This document shows positions 10,113 to 20,821 of a stretch of DNA of 64,000 bases, in pieces. The notes beneath the pieces were generated by a model that was not told where the DNA came from, did not search any database, and saw nothing but the letters and a program-made list of their open reading frames with translations. How positions within the stretch are numbered: position 1 is the stretch's first letter; each line of letters opens with the position of its first letter. The position numbers and the translations under genes were made by a program. The DNA is from a virus, in IMG/VR virus record IMGVR_UViG_3300001688_000214. The stretch is one strand, 5' to 3'.

Positions 10113-10403
10113 ATGAGCCGTAAAGACGACAGAAAGAACAAAGTTTTTGTTGGTAAGAGTTTATATCGACAAATACGGAAATACCAAATGCCCGATCCCG
10201 ACAGAGATATTATAATGGATACCAAGTATGGAAAACAGCACTTAGGTAGATACAAGCATCCTAAGTTTCTTGCTTGTATCCCAGGGTTGAAACAGCTTAT
10301 TTCCTTTGGACGTAGTGAAATAATTAAGTGGGAATACGTAAAAGAAGCCCCAACTAAGAAGGACGTTGATGGAGAAGGCAAAGAAGCCCCTGTTGCAGAT
10401 TGA
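10113..10403 (+). CDS. hypothetical protein
   Basis: ORF with AGGAG RBS. Confidence 0.55.
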   Translation: MSRKDDRKNKVFVGKSLYRQIRKYQMPDPDRDIIMDTKYGKQHLGRYKHPKFLACIPGLKQLISFGRSEIIKWEYVKEAPTKKDVDGEGKEAPVAD

Positions 10404-10480
10404 AGATAAATCTAATGATTCCCCTTGGAAGGAATTGTATCAACTTTTAAGAGAACATTTAGAAGAACAGGACAAAGATA

Positions 10481-11164
10481 ATGAAGACTTACAGATTCAT
10501 AAGATTCGGAGGACTAAGTTCAGTACCCCAGAAGGGATATAATTCGTCTATGCCTACATTTCATTCCCCTCCCGCAAGGAGGGGAATTTATGCTTTACCC
10601 TATGATAGATTAGAGCATTTTCTAATTCCTCTAATTAGTGTTAGAAATAAGAAAACAAAGAGGGAAACTCTTCATCCTTCCATTGAGTATCTCAGAGACA
10701 GTAAAGGTAATAAGGTGCTGTTGAATTGGGAACAACGACGTGGAAGGGTTGAACTCCCCGAGGAAATTCAGAAACTTTATTACAATCCCCATTATGACCC
10801 TAAAAGCTTATGGTCTGATAAATACAAGAAATACGTTCATTCTTATACATTTTGGAAGGGAAATACCAATTCTGAAGATTATAAATTTGAGGAAGAGAAC
10901 TTTAAACATGAGGCATTACTGAAGTATAAGAAACCCAAGGTGTTCGAATATAACGGCAATCTTTGGTGTCATCTTAATTGTTATGTTCCCATAAAAAGAA
11001 AGGATATAATTAAAGAACGGGGAGATTGGTTATTACTTGACTTCAATTCATGGTTAAAGTATTATACTTATGCCAAAGAACATAACAAGTATAAAGATTA
11101 TGGAAATAGAACTCACAAAAATTATTCTTGGGATTATTTTGAAGTTTTTATAGAAAAGGTGTGA
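10481..11164 (+). CDS. hypothetical protein
   Basis: 227-aa ORF, FHSPPARRGIYA motif. Confidence 0.6.
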   Translation: MKTYRFIRFGGLSSVPQKGYNSSMPTFHSPPARRGIYALPYDRLEHFLIPLISVRNKKTKRETLHPSIEYLRDSKGNKVLLNWEQRRGRVELPEEIQKLYYNPHYDPKSLWSDKYKKYVHSYTFWKGNTNSEDYKFEEENFKHEALLKYKKPKVFEYNGNLWCHLNCYVPIKRKDIIKERGDWLLLDFNSWLKYYTYAKEHNKYKDYGNRTHKNYSWDYFEVFIEKV

Positions 11165-11179
11165 TAGTGTTGAACTTAC

Positions 11180-11223
11180 GGTGTAAAAGATTTACACCAT
11201 TTTTTATCAAAATGAGTTATCTT
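11180..11223 (+). promoter_or_regulatory. terminator hairpin overlapping putative early promoter
   Basis: ggtgtaaa..tttacacc + T tract, then GTTATCTT. Confidence 0.55.
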
Positions 11224-11240
11224 ATTATAAGAGGTTAAAA

Positions 11241-11507
11241 ATGAATAAAAAACAGAAAGACAATAAGATACAATCAATCAAAGACCTATTAGTTTCTAAG
11301 GGTTGGGTCGAAGATAGATATGGTAATTTCAAACTACAACAGCCTACAAAAACCTACAGGGTTAAAATTCAAGATATATCCATTCGTTATGAACTGCAAT
11401 GGACCAGAGCTGATAATTCTAAAGATTGGGTTAATGTGAGAAGCGATTATCTTAAGAATGTTGAAATAATTGAAGATAATATAAAAATAAAGGATGTGTT
11501 ACTATGA
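11241..11507 (+). CDS. hypothetical protein
   Basis: GAGGT RBS. Confidence 0.6.
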   Translation: MNKKQKDNKIQSIKDLLVSKGWVEDRYGNFKLQQPTKTYRVKIQDISIRYELQWTRADNSKDWVNVRSDYLKNVEIIEDNIKIKDVLL

Positions 11508-12115
11508 AGGTTAAAAAGATTGACGTATATTGGAATAACGACTTTTCAAATCTCGCTAAATTACAAATATATGTGGATGAAGTACCAGATTATTCTAAAA
11601 TTATGAAGTATGAATGTCGCCAAGATCGGTTATACTATGCTTATGATGAAGAAACTGGTTTAGTTGATTTTAATTATGACGACCCAAACGATCATAATGG
11701 TTATGGTGGTCGTTCCTTTAAATACAACATGAAAGATGGTTCGAAAGTAACTCTTGTTGGACCATGGTCTTCCCGTCCAGCAGTAATGCACTCTGCAGGA
11801 TTTCCTCTTTGCACTTCCGTAACACTTAAGGAAGATAAGTACGAATATTGTGGGGTTGCATGCCACATGCTAAATTCCAAGCTGATTGAATTGATTAAGG
11901 AATGGATGCCAATGCTTAAGTTTTACGTAGCAGCAAATGGTGAGATATTCATCCCCAAGAATCAATTACTGAATTCTGAATTCAAAGGATCTTATGCAGA
12001 ACGTAGAGGGGACAGGGATCCTGATCTTCCTGAATATAATCCAGCAATAGGTGTCTCTGAGAATTATGGAGACTATTCCCTGTCTGGAGAACAAGAACGG
12101 ATAGTGAGGTCATAA
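11504..12115 (+). CDS. hypothetical phage protein
   Basis: GYGGRSF...GPWSS motif. Confidence 0.65.
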   Translation: MKVKKIDVYWNNDFSNLAKLQIYVDEVPDYSKIMKYECRQDRLYYAYDEETGLVDFNYDDPNDHNGYGGRSFKYNMKDGSKVTLVGPWSSRPAVMHSAGFPLCTSVTLKEDKYEYCGVACHMLNSKLIELIKEWMPMLKFYVAANGEIFIPKNQLLNSEFKGSYAERRGDRDPDLPEYNPAIGVSENYGDYSLSGEQERIVRS

Positions 12116-12348
12116 TGGAAGACTATGATGCCGTAATGATAGTAGAGGGAGTTCAAGAACCTGAATCTCCCGTGGAATACCTAGAAGCAATTGCTCATCT
12201 AATTAAGACAGGTATAGCTTGGACATTACAGGGGTTCTTTGGAAGGTCTTGTGCACAATATATCGAAGCGGGGTACATTTCCAAAGATGGAGAAGTCTTG
12301 ATAGATGAAGAAACGATTTGGAATTTGTTTGGTGAAGAGTACGAATAA
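12115..12348 (+). CDS. conserved small phage protein
   Basis: AWTLQGFFGR motif. Confidence 0.65.
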   Translation: MEDYDAVMIVEGVQEPESPVEYLEAIAHLIKTGIAWTLQGFFGRSCAQYIEAGYISKDGEVLIDEETIWNLFGEEYE

Positions 12349-12380
12349 TTTCTATTCCGTATATACGGGATTTTAAACTA

Positions 12381-12407
12381 AGTATTTTTTGGAATTGAAG
12401 TTATAAT
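12381..12407 (+). promoter_or_regulatory. putative early promoter
   Basis: AGTATTTTTT-N9-GTTATAAT. Confidence 0.5.
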
Positions 12408-12445
12408 AATCTTGTGTATTAAAAGAACTAAAAGGAGTTACATAT

Positions 12446-13477
12446 ATGAACTTTATTAAGTATAACAGCATTGAAAATGTCACCAATAAAGAGTTAATGA
12501 AATTCAAAGAATCTAAACTCTATGATCCGTATGGGATTTGGTTTGTAACTGAGAAAGTCCACGGAAGCAACATGGCTATCATGAGTGATGGCAAGGGTCC
12601 ATTGATCCCAGCTAAAAGGTCTTCAACCTTAGATATGGAGAATTCAAGTTTCTTCAATTTCCAAAAGATATTTGATAAATACAACTTTAATGCTCTAACG
12701 AGAAAGATTCTCTATATGGCTACAATTTACAATCCCGATTATAATTATGGTGTATCCATCCACGGAGAACTTTGTGGTGGATTTTACCCAAATACTCCTG
12801 TAATACCTGGAGCTAAGCAAGTTCAAAAAGAAATCAAGTACAGCAACGATACTGAGTTTATAGTATTTGACATTCGTATTTATAATAAAGATGGCGGATA
12901 CATCTTCTTAAGTCATGAAGCCGTTGTTCGTGCTTGCGAGGAATTAAAGATTCCTGTTGTTCCTATTCTATTCAAAGGCACTTTAGACCAATGTCTTGCA
13001 TGGTCTGCTGAGCATAATGCTGATCCTTCGGAAGTTTGGAAGATTTTTGGAATGCCTCACGAAGTTCCTAACAACATTAGAGAGGGACACGTAATCAAAC
13101 CTGCTGCTTCCCTATTTAATTCTGATTCTCGTATAATATTTAAAGATAAGAATGATAAATTCAAAGAAGGTAATGAAAGAAAACCTAAGCAGAAAGTAGA
13201 AAAAATCCCCTTCTCAACTCAGATGAATGATTTATATAACGACATTACTTCTATGATCTGCATACCTAGATTTAACAATGTTACTTCTAAGTTTGGCGAG
13301 TACACCATTAGAAATTTCGCTGATCTTATGAGATTGATGGCTGACGACATATTTGAAGATCTCAAAAACGATGCAAATATGAGTTCTTTAACTGCCGTTG
13401 AAAAGAAAACTTTAAAAGACGATACCATTAGAAGGATTTCAGCATTCATGGGTGCTAACAAAAAGGAATTATTTTAA
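12446..13477 (+). CDS. Rnl2-family RNA ligase
   Basis: EKVHGSN, HGELCG, FIVFDI, REGHVIK, KDKN. Confidence 0.88.
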   Translation: MNFIKYNSIENVTNKELMKFKESKLYDPYGIWFVTEKVHGSNMAIMSDGKGPLIPAKRSSTLDMENSSFFNFQKIFDKYNFNALTRKILYMATIYNPDYNYGVSIHGELCGGFYPNTPVIPGAKQVQKEIKYSNDTEFIVFDIRIYNKDGGYIFLSHEAVVRACEELKIPVVPILFKGTLDQCLAWSAEHNADPSEVWKIFGMPHEVPNNIREGHVIKPAASLFNSDSRIIFKDKNDKFKEGNERKPKQKVEKIPFSTQMNDLYNDITSMICIPRFNNVTSKFGEYTIRNFADLMRLMADDIFEDLKNDANMSSLTAVEKKTLKDDTIRRISAFMGANKKELF

Positions 13478-13481
13478 TTGT

Positions 13482-13533
13482 GTGGGAGTGTAGTCCAATT
13501 ACATTCCCACTTTTTTAGAAAATAGGCTATACT
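13482..13533 (+). promoter_or_regulatory. terminator hairpin overlapping putative early promoter
   Basis: gtgggagtgta...tacattcccac + T6, CCACTTTTTT-N9-GCTATACT. Confidence 0.6.
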
Positions 13534-13562
13534 AGAATCATAGTAAGAAATAAGAGGTTTAC

Positions 13563-14888
13563 ATGCACATTCTTGATTACATTATAAAGATCAGAGAAAC
13601 ACAAGGCACTAATGCCAAATTGGATTTATTAAAGGTCACTATGAAAGATGACAATTTTAGAAGTGTGTTGTATTATACTTACAACCCCTTCTATAACTAT
13701 TATATTCGTAAGATCCCTTCCGTTAGGTCTGAACATTATTCCCATTTAACTAAAACTGTAAATGATATGTTCATATTGCTCGACAATTTGCGAGAGAGAG
13801 TATTTACAGGAAACCTAGCAATAGATCTAGTTGCAGAATTTATTAAAGGTTCAGATGCTAAACTAGCAGAATTACTTATTCTAATTCTGGGCAGAGATCT
13901 TAAGATGGGTGTAAATACTACTTCTATTAACAAAGTTTATCCAGGTTTAATTCCCACCTTTGATGTTATGCTCGCTGATGCTGGCATTCCTCTTGAGAAA
14001 GTGTTGAAAGAAAATGAATGGGTATATGTTCAAAAAAAGAGTGATGGAAAGAGATGCATTGCTATTTGTAAAAAGAATTCCATCGAATTCTTTGCCCGTA
14101 GTGGCAAGGAGATTGAAAATCTTTCTAGGCATGAAGCATTAAAAAATAGCATTGCCACACTTAGAAATTGCTACATCAAGGAAGACTTTATTCTTGATGG
14201 CGAATTAATCATCGAAAATGAAGACGGAACTGATGCAGATAGACAAATTAGTAATGGACTTATAATGAAAAAGAATCTTCCCAAGGAAGAGGTTGAACGA
14301 TTTTCTTTTATAGTTTGGGATATATTATCGCTTGAAGATTTTCAAAATGATTCAAACACTACCCCTTACGAAGAACGATACTACACGCTCATCAACAATA
14401 TTAAATGGTTTAATAACCTAAAGGTAATTGAAACCTTTGTGGCAACTACTGCTGATAGAGCAATGGAAATTACTAATGATTTCATGAAGAGAGGATTTGA
14501 AGGATCCATCATTAAGACTCCTTATCACTTCTACAAACGCAAACGTAGTAAGGATTGGATAAAGATTAAAGGTTGGAATGAAATAGATCTTAGAGTTATT
14601 GGATATGAATATGGAAATTCTGGTACTAAATACGAGTCTTGTTTAGGGGCATTAGTTTGTTCTAATGGGACAATAAATTGTTCTGTAGGATCAGGATTTT
14701 CCGACGAACAACGATTGAATATAAAAGAAGATGTTGTTGGAAAAATCATTTCCATTAAATATAACCAATTGATTAAAGATGTTGACGGCAATTATAGTTT
14801 ATTTTTGCCTGTATTTATTGAAATAAGAGAAGATAAATCGGAACCTGATACAATGGAAAAGGTTTTTTCTGAATTAAAACAAAAATAA
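13563..14888 (+). CDS. ATP-dependent DNA ligase
   Basis: KSDGKR, LDGEL, WDIL, EGSIIK, WIKIK, VGSGF, LFLP.F...REDK. Confidence 0.93.
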   Translation: MHILDYIIKIRETQGTNAKLDLLKVTMKDDNFRSVLYYTYNPFYNYYIRKIPSVRSEHYSHLTKTVNDMFILLDNLRERVFTGNLAIDLVAEFIKGSDAKLAELLILILGRDLKMGVNTTSINKVYPGLIPTFDVMLADAGIPLEKVLKENEWVYVQKKSDGKRCIAICKKNSIEFFARSGKEIENLSRHEALKNSIATLRNCYIKEDFILDGELIIENEDGTDADRQISNGLIMKKNLPKEEVERFSFIVWDILSLEDFQNDSNTTPYEERYYTLINNIKWFNNLKVIETFVATTADRAMEITNDFMKRGFEGSIIKTPYHFYKRKRSKDWIKIKGWNEIDLRVIGYEYGNSGTKYESCLGALVCSNGTINCSVGSGFSDEQRLNIKEDVVGKIISIKYNQLIKDVDGNYSLFLPVFIEIREDKSEPDTMEKVFSELKQK

Positions 14889-14954
14889 TAGGTGCAAGAA
14901 CCACTTAGGTGAAATATTAATGAAGGTTCGTCAAGAACTTTTTGATGAGGATTA

Positions 14955-15509
14955 ATGAAAGTATATGTAGTTTACAGTGGAACATACGACGATGCGTTTG
15001 TAGATCAAATCTTTTCTACAAGAGAACTCGCTCAGCAATATATCGATTTAACTGATGAAGCTATCGATTATAATACTATGCCAGGTTGGTCGTTGGTAAC
15101 AAGTGATTTAGTTCCGCATCTACGAATAGTTGAAGTTGAGATCGACCAAATGGTTCCAATGATGAAATCTCGGAAGACTATTTATGTTGGTCTTATGGAT
15201 ATACACGGAACTATAACATTTCTATATCAAAAGTTTCATGAGATTAAGAATTGGGATGGAAACGTCTATCATCTCATTGCTGCCTACAAGGATGATAAGG
15301 GAAAATACTATGAGTATTATCTTGATGTTGATTGGGAACAAGGGGATCCAGCATATTATTTAGTATTTAAAGTCATGGCTGATAGCCAAGAATCAGCTAT
15401 TAATATAGTCAATGATAAGAGATTAGAATTGATTGATAAGGGTATATTCGTAAAGGAAGTTACAGAAAGCTTTACCTATATTGGAACAGAGGGAGAAGAT
15501 GAGGACTAA
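14955..15509 (+). CDS. hypothetical protein
   Basis: MKVYVVYSGTY; last long TAG-free ORF of early block. Confidence 0.6.
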   Translation: MKVYVVYSGTYDDAFVDQIFSTRELAQQYIDLTDEAIDYNTMPGWSLVTSDLVPHLRIVEVEIDQMVPMMKSRKTIYVGLMDIHGTITFLYQKFHEIKNWDGNVYHLIAAYKDDKGKYYEYYLDVDWEQGDPAYYLVFKVMADSQESAINIVNDKRLELIDKGIFVKEVTESFTYIGTEGEDED

Positions 15510-15969
15510 GAAAGACAAGCTATTCATGGATGTAGCAGAAAGAACCAGTACCGAATCTTCATGTATATCCAAGAAAGTTGGATGTGTAATAGTTAAGGAT
15601 AAACGAATCATATCAATGGGATATAATGGTACTCCTAGCGGTTACACAAACTGTGATTAGCAATTTGATAGTCAAGCTAGACATTTTATTAAACCGTAGG
15701 AATTACGACCCCTGCACCATGCCTGGTCGGATATTCACGAAATACATGCGGAAATGAATGCAATAATGTTTGCTGCCAAGAACGGCATTCCTATAGATGG
15801 GGCTACACTATATTGCACATTATTCCCCTGTCAACATTGCTTGAAGAATCTATTACAATGCGGTATTAAGAAGATCATTTATCGTGATGAATATGATTTA
15901 GGTCAATACGATCAAGATTTTTTAAGCTTCATTAAAGGGAACATAGAGATAAAGAAATATGAAAGTTGA
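15499..15969 (+). CDS. dCMP deaminase (2 TAG=Glu)
   Basis: KVGCVIVKD.RIISMGYNG, NCD[E], HAEMNAI, PCQHC. Confidence 0.9.
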
Positions 15970-16156
15970 TGAAATTTACTGTCCTTCATGTCACGGATAC
16001 ATATCTATTAATTTCAAAAATGGCGTTGGGTTTTGTTTTAGGTGTGGTAGCGGCTATGTGTATCCAAGAGGATTTGGAGAAACTGAGGAAGACAGAGAGA
16101 AAATCGTTCAATGGCTAATTAATTTAGTTGATAAATATGAAGGGGAAGAGAAATGA
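15959..16156 (+). CDS. small Zn-ribbon protein
   Basis: CPSC...CFRC. Confidence 0.55.
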   Translation: MKVDEIYCPSCHGYISINFKNGVGFCFRCGSGYVYPRGFGETEEDREKIVQWLINLVDKYEGEEK

Positions 16157-16392
16157 GATACAATCACCAGTTGAAGTATTATTGTCATATCTGTGATAGA
16201 CATTTAACTCTGGCTAGGTCTTATGATCCTAATTATGAATACCCCTAGCATTTGGAAATGATTAGGAAATAGGAATAGAAGAGGTTCGCCATGGAAATTT
16301 ACAATCACATTAAGGAACATGGGAGAATAAAAGAAACAATATCAGTGGACAATCTGTTTGAATATGGAAAAGATCAACGTAGAGATAACTAA
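16153..16392 (+). CDS. hypothetical protein (TAG-recoded)
   Basis: ATGA-coupled; 3 TAG then TAA. Confidence 0.5.
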
Positions 16393-16500
16393 AGACGGAA
16401 TAGGGTTCTTGCCCCCATTCCCGAATTAAATATACATTCGTATGCAGACACTTTGGAATAGGCGTTAGAGTTTATTAAGTAGAACATACCTAGAATATAA
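16364..16500 (+). pseudogene. frameshifted HicB-like fragment
   Basis: MEKINVEITKDG / (shifted) RVLAPIPELNIHSYADTLE[E]ALEFIK[E]NI. Confidence 0.35.
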
Positions 16501-16562
16501 TCAACAATATAAGCAGATGGGGGAGATGTGACAATCTCCCATTTGCGTTTTAAGGAGAAAAC

Positions 16563-16724
16563 ATGGGAGACAAAGGACATTTTTGGATTAGTGTAGTCAA
16601 ATCCGTAATTCGAATTGCAGGGTTTGGAATAGCTATTGTTAATCTAAATGTAGGATTAGTATTGCTGATGGTAGCAGAATTATTAGGGATACTTGAAGAA
16701 GTAGTAGACAAGAGAGGAAAGTAA
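16563..16724 (+). CDS. small membrane protein
   Basis: HFWISVVKS.IRI...AELLGILEE. Confidence 0.6.
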   Translation: MGDKGHFWISVVKSVIRIAGFGIAIVNLNVGLVLLMVAELLGILEEVVDKRGK

Positions 16725-16782
16725 CTCGCAGTTATTTCTTTAAACCAGCTAAATTATAATTAAACGATAAAGGAGTTTTGAA

Positions 16783-16980
16783 ATGGAAAAGGTAGTAATT
16801 AACAAGGTGTTGGTAATCAACAAGTGTCAAGATTGTAAGTATTGCAATTGCAAGTTACGCCAATTAGCGGGATTAATCCCTAAAGAATGCCCTCTTGTAA
16901 ACTATTAGGATTTACCTAATGCAAATTGGGATGCCCTTCTTAAGGTAGACATTTCCAATAATGAAACATTAGGAGTCTAA
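16783..16980 (+). CDS. small Cys-rich protein (1 TAG)
   Basis: AAGGAG RBS; CQDCKYC...CPL. Confidence 0.5.
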
Positions 16981-16990
16981 GTGTTGAATT

Positions 16991-18076
16991 ATGCCTAAAA
17001 AGGATTATTACAACATATTGGGAGTGGGCAAATAGTCCACTCCCGATTAGATTAAGAAGCAATATCGTAAACTTGCTATGCAGTATCATCCCGATAAAAA
17101 TCCTGGCAACAAGCAAGCTGAGTAGAAGTTCAAAGAAATTGCTGAAGCTTATTAGGTTTTATCTGATCCTGCAAAGAAACAAAATTATGATAATTACGGA
17201 ACTTCTTAGTTTGATGCTCAAGGATTCAATTGGAATAATTTTACTCATGGTGCGGAATTTGACGACATATTGAGAAATATATTCGGAGGTTCACCTTTTG
17301 GTAACTTTAGCAGAGGGTTTCAAGATAATGCAAGACAATCTCCATCTCAAGAGCAGAAAAGAGTTTATAGGCAATTTTTAGACTTGCCTTTATCGGTTTA
17401 GGAAATGTATAATGGTGTAGAAAGAAAGTTTAAGATCAATATTATGTAGTCTTGCAAGAAATGTTAGGGGACGGGATCCTAGGATGGATAGATTAAAGTT
17501 TGTGATGCGTGTGGAGGTACAGGTAAAAGGGTGACGGTTTCACAACAAGGAATGATGCGATTTCAACAAATAACACAATGTGGTAAATGTGCAGCAAGCG
17601 GAAAGATAATAGCTAATCCTTGTAAAACTTGCCATGGATAGAAGTATTCCCTAGTTCCAAAACACATTAAATCCAAGATCCCTGCAGGAGTAACCTTAGG
17701 AGTTTCTATTAATCTTTATAGAGATGATGTTAATTAGGTTGTAGGCAATATTAATTCAGTTAAGTCTGGAAAATATCAATTATCTTAGTCTAATCCATTA
17801 GATGTTATCTATTCTCCTAAAATTAATATAATACAAGCTATATAGGGTGTTAAGGTGAGATTTAAGCATTTGGATGGATAGAAAATTTAGGTTGTATTTC
17901 CTGAAGGAATTAACAATGGACATCAAGTTATTTTCCCTAATAAGGGAATCAAGTATATTGGAAATGGGCAAATTGGTAATTTAATAGTTCAAGCATAGGT
18001 ACAAATGCCCAAATTTAATGAATTTACAACATAGCAAAAAGAATCATTTAAAAGTTGGAAGGAAGCAATTAAATGA
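16991..18076 (+). CDS. dnaJ: full-length DnaJ co-chaperone (TAG=Glu), 361 aa
   Basis: DYYNILGV, HPD, AE[E]KFKEIAEAY[E]VLSD, G/F region, four CxxCxGxG-type motifs. Confidence 0.92.
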
Positions 18077-18474
18077 AATATGAAAATATATCAGCTTTAA
18101 AGCAATTAATATAGGCTTATAAGAGTATTACCCTTTAGAGATTACAGGAATTTAAATAGTTCAATGCCCGAGCAATCATGAAACAGTTAACAGGATTAGC
18201 TACAACGCATTGCAAACTTTGTAGTTATCTATTTGATAAATATGAAGTAGACAATGATTATTACAGTAAGGATTAGATATATCTATTATGCTCTAAATGC
18301 GTCCATGCAGCAAAACCTGGTGACGGTAGAAGAAAGTCTGGCTATTGCTTCTCAACTAGAGGAAGATAGGAAATACTTAAATCCTCTACCCTTGAAGAAT
18401 TATACGAGAATATACAAGTAAGAATAGATTACTTAGAAAATGAATTATTACCAACAGTATAGGAGAACAAATGA
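18073..18474 (+). CDS. hypothetical protein (TAG-recoded)
   Basis: ATGA-coupled both ends, CKLC/CSKC. Confidence 0.6.
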
Positions 18475-18692
18475 AAAAACTAACCATCATTGGCTGGTCT
18501 CTGTGGCTCATTAGTATTGCTGCAACATTGATATTGCGCAAGCTAAAGTTACAGAATTATTTAGGAATAGCCCAAGTTTCTATGTGGATCTTCCTCATAT
18601 ACGCTAACACTTGCCAAGTCCTATTTAACAAAGAAATATCTAACAAGGCAAAGGGAACCTTACATGAAAAAGTTCAAAATAATAAGAGTTAA
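18471..18692 (+). CDS. small membrane protein
   Basis: two hydrophobic segments. Confidence 0.5.
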   Translation: MKKLTIIGWSLWLISIAATLILRKLKLQNYLGIAQVSMWIFLIYANTCQVLFNKEISNKAKGTLHEKVQNNKS

Positions 18693-19014
18693 GCAATATT
18701 AGACGATTCAACCAGATAATATTGTAACAACAATAAAATGGGAGAAAGATAGGGATATCACTAGTGATTAGGCTAGTAAGCTTAGAGTTTCTCCTACAGG
18801 AATCGTTTAGAGATTGCATCTGGGAATGCAATTACCATTGTTTGATTTGATGTAGGGAATTGTATTTAAAGCTACTTGGGAAAGAGATGATAATTACAGG
18901 GTTATTTGGTAGGGAGACTTAGAATAGCAGAATGGCGATCCTTGGAAGATGTTTGCAAAGAGACATATGCGTAGAAAGAAATAGAATCCTGTTGAGATGG
19001 GTTAGACAATATGA
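18664..19014 (+). CDS. hypothetical protein (TAG-recoded)
   Basis: frame interrupted only by TAG. Confidence 0.55.
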
Positions 19015-19457
19015 AATTTCATGTATCATCCAACAAGAATCACACGATAGCAATCCTTTCTAAATAGAGCATGTTTAATTGCAAGATATTATACCCATAC
19101 TAGGGAAGGATATCTGAAATTGAATATCCTAAGATTTAGGTAATCTATTATCCCGCAGATTTTAGATTGTTTTTACATTATAATACATATCCAAACCTTT
19201 CGGCTAATCCTACACACCAAATATTGTTAAACGCAGAAGATACACATAAATTGAAAGTTGTAAATCAGGTTGGAAACTTATGGGAAATCAGAACGGATAT
19301 AGAAGGAAATGTCTTTAGAATAGAAATGGATTCATACAGCATTGATTTTAGCACCTTTCCTGATTATGCATCTAATTTATTAGATATGACTATAATGATG
19401 GGTTCATATCAAGATGTGGTTAATCTTTCATTTCAATTTGATAAGGAGCTAGCTTGA
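19011..19457 (+). CDS. hypothetical protein (TAG-recoded)
   Basis: extends 19167 ORF upstream through TAGs to coupled ATG. Confidence 0.55.
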
Positions 19458-20740
19458 AACGGATCGCAATTATTGGTTACGGAGCTGCAACTATAGGATT
19501 CCTCCAAGGATTAATGGAAAGAGACTCCTTTAATTCAAGGGATTATCACATTGACATTTATGATCAAAATAAAGAATAGAATGCTGGGGGACTAGGAGGA
19601 TTAGCATATGATGGAAAGCTTAATGTTGGAGAGTATTGCGGTTCAGATGAATTAATCACTCTTGATGTTCAGGAGAAGGTTCTCAAGTTCTTTCTATCTC
19701 ACAGCGATTATAAGGATTAGAAGAGAAATGAATAGGAAGATGAGTTCATTAAGAAGTTCTCCGTTGATTTGTATGAAAACAATATGCAATTAGTTCAACA
19801 GAGAACATTTCATCTAGGAACGGATCAGCTGAAACAAGTTAACTCTAAGATTCTGTTAAACTTTGAGAAGAAGATATTCGGTGAATACAACATTAAATTT
19901 CATTTCGGACAAAAGATAACTGAGAATGATTTATCATGGTTGACGGAGAAATATGATACTGTAATATTTGCGGTTGGAAGATATGGAACTAATCTCATTG
20001 ATTCGGTTATTAAGACGTACAGGGGGAATGATAATATAGTATAGTCCAACAACAAGGTTGATATAGGTGTTAGATTCGAATTACCTTCCTCTATTCCATC
20101 TATTAAAAGGTTAGACGAAGCACTATATGAATGGAAAATAAAGTACAAGACTAGAAATAATATGATCGTAAGAACCTTTTGCCACAATCCTAAAGGATTT
20201 GTTGTGACTTAGAATTTAGATATTCTAGGACAGAAAATAGCTATAGTCAATGGGCACTCAAAGAAAAGTGAAGTTTCTGATAATACTAACTTCGCTATAC
20301 TAGCCACTCAAGAGTTCACTCGTCCGTTCAACGATAGTGTCTTATATGGAAAGATAATTTCCCAGCAAGCTAATTTACTAGCTGGTTCTGATGATAGAGT
20401 AATACTTCAGACTCTGGGAGACTTTATGAACAAGAAGAGAAGCAAGCATCTATTTAGAGTTAAACCTACGTTAGATAAGTCCAAATATGTATTAGGAGAC
20501 CTAACTTATGCACTTCCAGCTAAGACCTATTAGGCTTTAATTGAATTTATCACCTAGTTGAGTTATGTAATTCCAGAAGTTTCATATCCCGATAATCTTT
20601 TATATGGAGTAGAAACTAAGTTCTATGGAACAAAAATGAACAATACATCGTAGTACAAATTTATAGGTGACTGTTCGGGAAGATCAAGAAGTATTATTGC
20701 CGCAGCATCAACAGGTTACCTCCTATCCAAGACTATTTGA
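19454..20740 (+). CDS. FAD-dependent oxidoreductase (COG2509-like), TAG-recoded, 428 aa
   Basis: IAIIGYGAA, DGKL, HLGTD, AVGR, VDIGVRFE, RTFCHNP, VNGHS, YGVETKFY, IGDCSG. Confidence 0.82.
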
Positions 20741-20821
20741 AGAAAATACTTCATGGGTTTTCTCTAAAAATAGCTATAATATCAATATACAAAATAAGAA
20801 GTTACATACAGGAGTTTTAAA

